IMG/VR virus record: IMGVR_UViG_3300048599_000152
Location: 1-51,106 of that record
Origin: a virus
Taxonomy: Duplodnaviria > Caudoviricetes
Reading direction: 5' to 3' (one strand)
DNA length: 51,106 bases
This document shows positions 36,766-44,366 of this stretch, in pieces; the first letter of the stretch is position 1; every line of letters starts with the position of its first letter. The notes under the pieces are model-generated. The model did not search any database and was not told the DNA's origin. It saw only the letters and a program-made list of their open reading frames with translations. A program made the translations under genes and the position numbers.

Positions 36766-36790
36766 CATGCGGATCAAGCTGGCTCGCCCG
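36760..36790 (+). other. attC site 4, left half only (degenerate)
   Basis: GGCTAGC ATGCG GATCAAGC TGGCTCGC; 19 nt identical to attC3; no matching L'/R' found. Confidence 0.75.
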
Positions 36791-37030
36791 AGGGCCGTCT
36801 GACCGGTTACCGTCGTCAGGGGCAGGGGCAGGTGTCGCCTGCCGTATTGACCTCGCGTCGCTCAAGCACCTGTCGGAGACCTTCAAGAATGCTCCGAAGG
36901 CTGGCAGCTTGTTCTACAACCCTGGCGACGCCGAAGGCTGAAGTTCGCGCCCATCGATGACGATAGCTGTTAGGCGCAGGTAGGCGCAGGTATACTCCTG
37001 ACGACCACCCCTGCCCCCAATGGAGCCCAC

Positions 37031-37285
37031 ATGTCGCGACGCAAGACCATACCGGGTCCTGCCGGTCAGCCAATTGAAGTCGAACCCATTCCGTTTCGGA
37101 GCGGTCAGGAGAACTGGAACGACTACTTCCTTGAGGACGGCACGGTCTTGCGTATGAAGACCGTCGTGACCGAGGTTCAGCGGGCTGTGGATGCCTACGA
37201 TCAGGACGGGAACCCGATGTACATCGTCAGGTCGGCGAACGTGCTCAACGTTGACGCTCCCGACAAGCTGCGGAGGCCGGAATGA
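37031..37285 (+). CDS. Hypothetical protein upstream of hicBA
   Basis: ENWNDYFLEDGTVLRMK; ATGA-coupled to the next gene; TATACT at 36991. Confidence 0.75.
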   Translation: MSRRKTIPGPAGQPIEVEPIPFRSGQENWNDYFLEDGTVLRMKTVVTEVQRAVDAYDQDGNPMYIVRSANVLNVDAPDKLRRPE

Positions 37286-37767
37286 CGCCCGAACTCATGG
37301 CAAAGGATCCATGCCTAGGACAGCTTCTCGTCTTCGACCAGGGGTCCGGCAAGGCGCATGCCCGCGAGGACTCCAGCGAGGCTAGGTGCAGGCTCGTCAG
37401 GCAGGAAGAGCGGCGTGCCGCGCCGCACTATCGCGGCATGTGGGGCGAGGTCCTGTCCTCAAGCGGGGAGGTTTTGGGTGGCATGGCACCAGTCGACGTG
37501 AGAGAGGAGCTGCTACGTCGGTACGCCGAACTAGCGGCCAGCTTGGCAGAGCCGGGCGTGCGCCAGCTTGAAGACAGCGACGAGTGGTATGTGGACCTGA
37601 TAGGTCTTCCGGGAGCGTGGGCGACGGGCGGTACTCCGTGGCTGGCGCTCGAAGACTTCCGGTCTGTCGTCCGTGAATGGGTCGAACTGAAGCTTGAGCA
37701 CGGTGATCACGACATCCCGTCGCTCGGCGGCATCGACGTCTGCCTTCTCTCCCAGCCTGCCGTTTGA
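37282..37767 (+). CDS. hicB: HicB-like antitoxin with N-terminal extension
   Basis: C-terminal W.VDL.GLPGAWATG.T...AL......W...IP HicB-type fold; adjacent to hicA. Confidence 0.7.
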   Translation: MTPELMAKDPCLGQLLVFDQGSGKAHAREDSSEARCRLVRQEERRAAPHYRGMWGEVLSSSGEVLGGMAPVDVREELLRRYAELAASLAEPGVRQLEDSDEWYVDLIGLPGAWATGGTPWLALEDFRSVVREWVELKLEHGDHDIPSLGGIDVCLLSQPAV

Positions 37768-37773
37768 CCCTCG

Positions 37774-38001
37774 GTGACAGCCCCGGGATCAATCTCGCGG
37801 CGTGACCTCGTGCGTGTTCTGAGAGGTTTCGGCTACGAGGGTCCGTTATCCGGTGGGAAGCACCAGTTCATGCGACGCGACCTGAGGACCGTCCGCATCC
37901 CGAATCCCCATCACGGCGATATCTCGTGGAGCCTCGCCAAAGAAGTCCTGCGCCAGGCTGGGATAGACGTGGACGCTGCCCTGAGATTTCTGGGCAGCTA
38001 G
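37774..38001 (+). CDS. hicA: HicA mRNA interferase toxin
   Basis: LR.FGYEGP.SGGKHQFM...VRIPNPH.GDI...L..VLRQAGI. Confidence 0.9.
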   Translation: MTAPGSISRRDLVRVLRGFGYEGPLSGGKHQFMRRDLRTVRIPNPHHGDISWSLAKEVLRQAGIDVDAALRFLGS

Positions 38002-38070
38002 CTCGCGGGAGGGCAGCCTCGGCGCGAGCCTTCCTTCCCTGACGTCAGAGGGCCGTGATAGCCTTCGCTC

Positions 38071-39711
38071 GTGTCCGAGAACGTGCTGTACTACGGCGAT
38101 AACCTCGATGTCCTGCGACGCCACGTCGCGGACGAGTCGGTTGACCTCGTCTACCTGGACCCGCCGTTCAACAGCAACGCCACGTACAACGTTCTCTTCG
38201 CCGAACACCACGGCGAGCGGGCCGCGAGCCAGATCAAGGCGTTCGAGGACACGTGGACGTGGGACTACACGGCCGAGTGGAGCTACCGGCAGACGGTGGA
38301 GGCCGGCGGGCAGGTGTCCAAGGCGCTGCAGGCTTTCCACACGCTGCTGGGGCCGTCGAACATGCTCGCCTACCTCGCCATGATGGCCCCGCGCCTTGTG
38401 GAGCTGCGCCGGGTGCTCAAGGACACCGGCAGCATCTACCTCCACTGTGACCCGACGGCGAGCCACTACCTCAAGCTCCTGATGGACGCCGTGTATGGGC
38501 CCGAGCACTTCCGGGGTGAAATCTGCTGGCAGCGGTCGACGGCCAAGGGCCACGCGTTCACGCGCTACCCCGCCGCTCAGGACTCGCTGCTTTACTATTC
38601 GAAGAGCGAGACGCCGACGTGGCACACGCAGCACCTACCCCACCGGCCTGAGTACATCGAGAGCCACTATCGGAACATCGAGTCAGAGACTGGCCGGCGC
38701 TACACGCTCGGCGACTGCCTGAATCCGAACCATGATCGGCCGAATCTCACCTATGAGTGGAACGGCCTGACGCGTGTCTGGCGATGGACGCCCGAGAAGA
38801 TGCAGGCGCTCCATGACGCCGGCCGGCTTGTCTACACGAAGTCGGGAATGCCGCGCTACAAGCGCTATCTGGACGAGATGCCCGGCACGGCGGTCACCAC
38901 CGTCTGGACGGATATCCCGCCCCTCAACTCTCAGGCGGCTGAGCGGCTTGGTTACCCGACGCAGAAGCCCGAAGCCCTCCTCGAGCGCATCATCGCGACG
39001 AGCAGCAACCCCGGAGACGTAGTGCTTGACCCCTTCTGCGGCTGCGGAACCGCCGTGTCGGCCTCTCAGAACCTCGACCGCCGCTGGGTCGGCATCGACA
39101 TCACGCATCTCGCCGTGACCCTCATCAAGTCGCGGCTGCTGGACGCTTTCAAGCTGGAGGCAGGCAAGGACTACAAGGTGATCGGCGAGCCGGTGTCCCA
39201 GCCCGATGCCGAGGCGCTGGCGGCGTCGGACCCGTGGCAGTTCCAGTGGTGGGCCCTCGGCCTCGTAGGTGCCCGGCCTGTCGATCAGAAGAAGGGTGCT
39301 GACCACGGCATCGACGGTCGCCTGTACTTTCACGACGAGCCGGGAGCGAACACGAAGCACATCGTCCTGTCCGTGAAGGCGGGCCAGAACGTAGGCGTGG
39401 GCGCGGTGCGCGACCTCGGCCACGTCGTGAAGCGAGAGGGCGCGGCCATCGGCGTCCTCCTGACCATGCGGGAGCCCACCAAGCCAATGAGGACCGAGGC
39501 CGCCGAGGAAGGCTTCTACGACTCGCCTTGGGGCGGCAGCTACCCCCGTCTGCAGATCCTCACCGTGGCCGAGCTGCTGGACGGCAAGCGCATCGACTAC
39601 CCCAACGTCGAGGGCATGGACCGAACCTTCCGCAAGGCACCACGGGCAGGGGCAAAGGCGGCCGACGTGCTGACCCTCGACCTCGACGGCGGGGTGCCGG
39701 TCGAGGACTAG
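38071..39711 (+). CDS. N6/N4 DNA methyltransferase fused to an Mrr-like endonuclease domain
   Basis: YLDPPFNS, YPTQKP, VLDPFCGCGT; C-terminal ADHGIDG...SVKAG. Confidence 0.9.
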   Translation: MSENVLYYGDNLDVLRRHVADESVDLVYLDPPFNSNATYNVLFAEHHGERAASQIKAFEDTWTWDYTAEWSYRQTVEAGGQVSKALQAFHTLLGPSNMLAYLAMMAPRLVELRRVLKDTGSIYLHCDPTASHYLKLLMDAVYGPEHFRGEICWQRSTAKGHAFTRYPAAQDSLLYYSKSETPTWHTQHLPHRPEYIESHYRNIESETGRRYTLGDCLNPNHDRPNLTYEWNGLTRVWRWTPEKMQALHDAGRLVYTKSGMPRYKRYLDEMPGTAVTTVWTDIPPLNSQAAERLGYPTQKPEALLERIIATSSNPGDVVLDPFCGCGTAVSASQNLDRRWVGIDITHLAVTLIKSRLLDAFKLEAGKDYKVIGEPVSQPDAEALAASDPWQFQWWALGLVGARPVDQKKGADHGIDGRLYFHDEPGANTKHIVLSVKAGQNVGVGAVRDLGHVVKREGAAIGVLLTMREPTKPMRTEAAEEGFYDSPWGGSYPRLQILTVAELLDGKRIDYPNVEGMDRTFRKAPRAGAKAADVLTLDLDGGVPVED

Positions 39712-39759
39712 GGCCACCGCCGGCGCGGGCCGAGCGAGCGCCTGAGTTACACTTGCCGC

Positions 39760-41133
39760 ATGGCAAGCGGGCACATTCGCAGAGCACGGCGGGACGGCAA
39801 AGTTATCAAGGACTGCTGGGACGTGCAGGCCGAGCTGGGGGCCTACGTCGATGCCCAGGGCGAGCGCCAGCGCCCCCGCAAGACCGCGAGGGTCCACGGG
39901 CTGCGCGAGGACGCGGAGCGCGTACTGACGCAGCTCAAGCACGAGCTGGACACGGGCGTGGTCATCGACCCGAAGAAGCTCACGGTGGCCGACCTGCTCG
40001 ACCGCTGGCTGGACGACTACGCCCGGCAGGATGGCAAGCTCTCCCCCACAACCCTCCGCGGCTACGAGGACATCGTGCGGATCCACCTGAAGCCCCGGCT
40101 GGGCAAGGTGTCGCTGGCCAAGCTCCAGCCGATGCAGATTCAGGCGTACTACACCCACGCCCTGAAGGCCGGCAAGCAGAGCCGCGTCAAGGAGAAGCCG
40201 GCGGTGCCGGCGCGGCCGGCCAAGGGCAGGCGAAAGGCGAAGCCCGCCAAGCCAGCGGTCAAGAAACCCGCGCCCACTGGCCTGTCGCCGGCCACCGTCA
40301 TGCAGCACCACACAGTCCTGCACGAAGCGCTCCAGTACGCCGTGGGCCTGCGGCTGCGCAAGGACAACCCGGCGTCCGCAACGGAGCCCCCGTCTGTGCC
40401 CCTCCAGCGCCGGCAGAGGCGGCGGCCACGCGCCCTGCCACCTACGGGCCTCGCTCACGTGATCGCGGCCTCTGAGGGGACGGACATGTACCTGCCTGTC
40501 GTCCTCGCGGCCACCACCGGGATGCGGCGCTCCGAGCTGTGCGGGCTCAGGTGGCGTGACGTGGACCTCAAGGCCAAGCGGGTGTTCGTCGACGAGCCGC
40601 TCGTCCACGACGGGACGCGGGCCCTCGTCCACAAGGAGCCCAAGTCGGCGGCCGGCCGGCGGGCCATCCCCATCGGGGCGCTGACGGTCCGGGCCCTGAA
40701 GGAGCAGCGCGCTGATCAGGGACGCCGGCGCAAGGCGCTGCGCGGCAAGTACCGGGACGAGGGGTACGTCATCGACGAGTACGCCGGCGGGCCCGTGCGC
40801 CCCGACACGCTGTCCTCGCGCTGGCGTGCCCTGGCGATCCGCGCCGGCGTGGAAGGCTACCGGCTCCACGACCTGCGCCACTCCTACGCGACGGAAATGA
40901 TGGAACACGAGCACCCGAAGCTCGTCAGCGAGCGCCTCGGGCACAGCACCGTGGCCTTCACGATGCAGACCTACCAGCACGTCGGAGAGGACGCTCACCG
41001 AGCAGCGGCGGACGCTTTCGACGCCCGCCTCGCAGACGCCGATCCCGCAGATTGGGCAGACAATGGGCAGACAAACGCCCCCGTCCAACGGCTGCGACGG
41101 GGGCGTTCATCGGGCAAAAGTCCTGCAAAATGA
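39760..41133 (+). CDS. int: Prophage tyrosine integrase
   Basis: GMRRSE, LHDLRH, LGH, TYQH; stop codon abuts the att core. Confidence 0.95.
   Translation: MASGHIRRARRDGKVIKDCWDVQAELGAYVDAQGERQRPRKTARVHGLREDAERVLTQLKHELDTGVVIDPKKLTVADLLDRWLDDYARQDGKLSPTTLRGYEDIVRIHLKPRLGKVSLAKLQPMQIQAYYTHALKAGKQSRVKEKPAVPARPAKGRRKAKPAKPAVKKPAPTGLSPATVMQHHTVLHEALQYAVGLRLRKDNPASATEPPSVPLQRRQRRRPRALPPTGLAHVIAASEGTDMYLPVVLAATTGMRRSELCGLRWRDVDLKAKRVFVDEPLVHDGTRALVHKEPKSAAGRRAIPIGALTVRALKEQRADQGRRRKALRGKYRDEGYVIDEYAGGPVRPDTLSSRWRALAIRAGVEGYRLHDLRHSYATEMMEHEHPKLVSERLGHSTVAFTMQTYQHVGEDAHRAAADAFDARLADADPADWADNGQTNAPVQRLRRGRSSGKSPAK
41052..41073 (+). repeat. Prophage arm-type repeat
   Basis: Identical to 1449-1470. 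Confidence 0.8.
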
Positions 41134-41134
41134 A

Positions 41135-41180
41135 TGGTAGCGGCGGTAGGACTCGAACCTACGACACGCGGATTATGATT
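41135..41180 (-). repeat. att core (prophage / satellite junction)
   Basis: 46 bp identical to the tRNA-Met 3' end (50077-50122). Confidence 0.95.
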
Positions 41181-41296
41181 GCGACCCAGCCCGTGACGCG
41201 CTCTGACGGGTCATGCCGGAATCGCGGTCTGTGCAGGGACTTTGCGAGTCCGACTGCCGACTCCGTGTCGGCTCCTGTCGCCCTCTGACGGACGGC

Positions 41297-41316
41297 TGCC
41301 TAGCAAACGCCTAGCA
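41297..41316 (+). repeat. Satellite arm-type repeat GCCTAGCA x2
   Basis: Same motif at 49937-49994 and inverted at 45684-45703. Confidence 0.8.
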
Positions 41317-41376
41317 GTAAGGTAGGCTTGCGGCTGTAGCAGCCCGGCAGCGCGCGAGATCAAGAGGGGTTGGCAT

Positions 41377-42144
41377 ATGAGCGATGGGCCCACTTCCAAC
41401 GGTAGCGTGAGCGAATCCCAGCCAAAGGCCGAGGCGGTGCGGCCTGCGTCACCGGCGCCCGCACGGCCCAAGTGGGAGACTGAGGCCCGAGAAAGGGTCA
41501 AGAACGCGGTCAAGAAGTTCAACAGGCCCTTGGCCGACCTGTTGACGCGAGACGCGAATGAGGGCGACACGCGCTTGGCCGTCACTGACTTCCTTTGCGA
41601 GGGTCTCGGATACGACAAGTACATCGACCTGACGACCGAGTACGCGGTGAGAGGCGAATTCGCTGACTACGGCGTGCGCATCGACAAGGAAATCGTGGCG
41701 TTCATCGAGGTCAAGCGGATTGCCACCAAGCTCAACGGCAAGCACCTTCGCCAGGTACAGACGTACGCGGTGAACGAGGGCGTCGAATGGATGATCCTGA
41801 CGAATGGCGCGGAGTGGCAGGCGTACCACCTCACGGGAGGGCTGCCAGTTGTCACGGAACTGGCCTTGTCCGTGAATCTCCTCGGCACCGAGACGGCCTC
41901 TCAGAAGGCCAAGGTGCTGTTCTACTTGACCCGTGAGTCATTCAAGAAGCGCCAGATCGACGAACTATGGAAGGCCCGCCGAGCCAGTTCCCCCGAAAGC
42001 CTCGCCAAGATCCTGCGGTCTGAATCCGTCCTGGAGGAGATCCGCCGGGAGCTGTGGCGACAGACACACCAACGGCTTGAGTCCGAGGAGTTGCTCAGGC
42101 TTCTTGAGGAAACGGTACTTCGACCGGAGTGTCTCGAAAAGTAG
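41377..42144 (+). CDS. Type I restriction HsdR N-terminal-like nuclease (putative defence)
   Basis: NEGDTR, LGYD, ADY, FIEVK, Q...YA, ILTNG..W. Confidence 0.8.
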   Translation: MSDGPTSNGSVSESQPKAEAVRPASPAPARPKWETEARERVKNAVKKFNRPLADLLTRDANEGDTRLAVTDFLCEGLGYDKYIDLTTEYAVRGEFADYGVRIDKEIVAFIEVKRIATKLNGKHLRQVQTYAVNEGVEWMILTNGAEWQAYHLTGGLPVVTELALSVNLLGTETASQKAKVLFYLTRESFKKRQIDELWKARRASSPESLAKILRSESVLEEIRRELWRQTHQRLESEELLRLLEETVLRPECLEK

Positions 42145-42299
42145 AGGCCCGCGAAAGACTGCCGACGGCGACGAGTGCCCCCGGCTCGGACAGAGGAAGA
42201 GCCCGGGAGCGGCCGACAGGGCTCCCGAGCTCTCTCATGCAGGTGAACTCCGCCGGCGCCGGACTCCGGCCTTGCCGCCCCTGAACCCTTCAAGCAGTG

Positions 42300-42551
42300 C
42301 TAGCCACCGTCTTCCGTGTCCTTCGGCCGCGGCTTCTGCCAAGGGCGCCGCGGACAGGTGGCAGCACTCTCGAGCATGGCCTCGCCCATGGCTGCCATCT
42401 TCGCGTCCCAGGCATCCCGCTCGGCCTGCATCTCGGCCTTGTGCTGCGCGTAGACCTCGGGCGCGATGTGCGTCGCCAGCGCGACGCTCATCTCGGTGTA
42501 GGTGAGCAGGAGTCGGTCGGCCTCCTGCCTCTGTTCGTCAGTCAGCCTCAC
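42300..42551 (-). CDS. Hypothetical protein
   Basis: MRLTDEQRQ... ORF at the end of the satellite operon. Confidence 0.45.
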   Translation of the reverse strand: MRLTDEQRQEADRLLLTYTEMSVALATHIAPEVYAQHKAEMQAERDAWDAKMAAMGEAMLESAATCPRRPWQKPRPKDTEDGG

Positions 42552-42615
42552 ATGGCACCCCTTCCAGAGCCGCGGCCGGCACGGCCGGGATCGTTTGGTC
42601 CGGCGCCGGACTTCC

Positions 42616-42873
42616 CTAGGCGCTCTCGCCAACTGCCAGCCGAGCCGCCCGAATCCGGGCATCGGCCGCCGCTACCGCCTTGACGAACGGAGCTTGAGCG
42701 TTCTGAACGTGGTACTGCTCTTGCAGCAGGGCCGTCCGCTCGGGCTCAGTGCCGGCGTGCGCGGCCTTGCTGCCCAGCTCGGCGTACTGCTCTTGCAGCT
42801 CACCGAGCTTCGCCGCGGGAGCTTCCCGCGATGCCTGTGCGGCCTTCAGTTCTGCGAGTGCGGCTTCCATCAT
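42616..42873 (-). CDS. Coiled-coil hypothetical protein
   Basis: ATGA-coupled to the upstream ORF. Confidence 0.55.
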   Translation of the reverse strand: MMEAALAELKAAQASREAPAAKLGELQEQYAELGSKAAHAGTEPERTALLQEQYHVQNAQAPFVKAVAAADARIRAARLAVGESA

Positions 42874-43085
42874 TCGCCATTCTCGGCGGGCTCGACGTGT
42901 GCCGCGTACTTCTCGGGAGTGATGCCCATGCGCTTCGCGGCTTCGAGTTGCAGCGGCGTGAGAGCTTTCGCGGCCTTCGTCGCGCGGTACGCCTCGGGAG
43001 TGACGCCGATGCGGCTGGCCAGGTACTCCTCTTCGGTGAGGTTGAGGGTTTCGCACACCTTCTGTTCGGCTGGGGTGAGTCCCAT
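42870..43085 (-). CDS. 71-aa protein of repeated scaffold-like helix-turn-helix motifs
   Basis: LNLTEEEY / IGVTPEAY / MGITPEKY repeats; AAGGAG SD. Confidence 0.7.
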   Translation of the reverse strand: MGLTPAEQKVCETLNLTEEEYLASRIGVTPEAYRATKAAKALTPLQLEAAKRMGITPEKYAAHVEPAENGE

Positions 43086-43089
43086 GGTC

Positions 43090-43638
43090 CTATTCTCCTT
43101 GCCGCTTCGCGGCGCTCGTGGGGGTGTCGACGTGGCAGCCGCAGAGGGCTTCGGCTAGGACGGACAGCACTGCCGCATCCGGCGCCGGGGCATTGCGGAG
43201 TGCGGCGATCTGCCCCTCGTGGTACTGGACGCGCTGAGTGAACGGCATCGCCTCCTCTTCGGCGGCAGTGAGCGCCGCACGCAGCTCCTGCATTCTCGGC
43301 GTGTTGCGATCCGGCTCGGGCTCAACACCCGCCGCCCCGTCTGCCTTGCGCGTGAAGTAGTCACGCAGGCGAGCTGAGATGGAGCCCTCCTCCCGGTCGC
43401 GTGCCTCGCGGGCCGCCTCGACGGCCGCCAGCGGCCCGGCAGCGGCCTCACGTGCCTTGCGGAGCGGCTCGCCCTCGAGCGCGTCCGCGAGCTCAGCGGC
43501 CTCCGCCTGCGTCAGGGCGGCGGCAAGGACGCTGAGCGCCTGCTCGCGGGACGCCTCAGTCAGGCGGCGCATGAGCTCCATTCCGGAGACTGCCATCACC
43601 CGTGGGTAGGTGGCCTGGTCGAACAGTTCTTGATTCAT
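43090..43638 (-). CDS. Alpha-helical hypothetical protein
   Basis: MNQELFDQ... with GAGG SD. Confidence 0.6.
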   Translation of the reverse strand: MNQELFDQATYPRVMAVSGMELMRRLTEASREQALSVLAAALTQAEAAELADALEGEPLRKAREAAAGPLAAVEAAREARDREEGSISARLRDYFTRKADGAAGVEPEPDRNTPRMQELRAALTAAEEEAMPFTQRVQYHEGQIAALRNAPAPDAAVLSVLAEALCGCHVDTPTSAAKRQGE

Positions 43639-43667
43639 CGTTCCTCGTTTCGTCCGTGGGTCCATGG

Positions 43668-44366
43668 TCAGAGGTAGTCGATGACGCCACTTGTGTAGGC
43701 GCCTTCGTCGATCAGGACGGCGAGCGCGGCGGCGCACACAAGGTCGTCGTGGTGGCCGGCGCGGGCGTTCCACTGCGGGGTCGCGTTGTCGTTCACGGAC
43801 AGCTCGAACGTCTTCAGCTCGTCAACGAGGTCGTCGGCGGCAGCGGAGCGCGGCCACTCGAGGCGCCCGAAGCCGATGAGCGACTGCAGCCTAGAGACCA
43901 AGTGCGACTTGCTGACGGTGCCGTCCTTGGCTCCCCGGTGGACGTTGCAGCCGCTGCCGGCGGTGAACATCACGCCCGTAAGGTGGCCCTCTTCGATGCC
44001 GGCGGACTCGCGCAGGAAGTCGACGACCGGCAGGCCGCAGCCGGTGGCGTCGACCATGACGTACACGCGCTCGCGAGCCCGCGGCTCCTGAGGCGGAAGC
44101 ATGCCGTCCGCGAACATGTAGCCGCCGCATCGGTAGTCGAACTCGGCCTGCTCAGAGGAGAGGCGGGCCACCACGAAGCTGTAGACGGCGGCCAGGCGTT
44201 CGGCCACCTGCGGGTACGAGGTCTGCAGGGCCAGGCGTTCGATGTGGTGGATTCGGTGCCGATCACGAGGGAGCTGCTCGGCGACGACCACGGCCGAAGG
44301 GTCGGCCCTCTGGCCGACGTCCACGCCGATGGTGATGGTGGTGGTCGGGACGGCTACGGCTTTCAC
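43668..44366 (-). CDS. Terminase large subunit, stand-alone RNase H-like nuclease domain
   Basis: IGVDVGQRADPSA, VDATG.G, HDDLV.A.ALA; GTGA overlap with the ATPase gene. Confidence 0.85.
   Translation of the reverse strand: MKAVAVPTTTITIGVDVGQRADPSAVVVAEQLPRDRHRIHHIERLALQTSYPQVAERLAAVYSFVVARLSSEQAEFDYRCGGYMFADGMLPPQEPRARERVYVMVDATGCGLPVVDFLRESAGIEEGHLTGVMFTAGSGCNVHRGAKDGTVSKSHLVSRLQSLIGFGRLEWPRSAAADDLVDELKTFELSVNDNATPQWNARAGHHDDLVCAAALAVLIDEGAYTSGVIDYL

Larger units (their letters stand above)
33563..36790 (+). mobile_element. Integron-type gene cassette array (4 cassettes, no intI; CALIN-like)
   Basis: Co-oriented single ORFs separated by attC hairpins with RYYYAAC / GTTRRRY boxes and extrahelical bases. 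Confidence 0.9.
1287..41180. mobile_element. Temperate siphovirus-like prophage (~39.8 kb)
   Basis: Bounded by att cores. Carries integrase, terminase, portal, scaffold, capsid, tail tube, tape measure, endolysin and replication/recombination genes. A matching 22-bp arm repeat sits at both ends. Confidence 0.95.

Noticed and set aside
36969-38030. hicBA module as a fifth cassette starting at GTTAGGC (36969)
   Set aside because: No complementary GCCTAAC or attC after hicA; the downstream hairpin lacks R boxes
39760-41133. Prophage integrase as the integron integrase for the array
   Set aside because: It has a phage-type N-terminal arm-binding region, sits at the tRNA att, and shows no recognisable IntI-specific insertion; an IntI HMM would settle this
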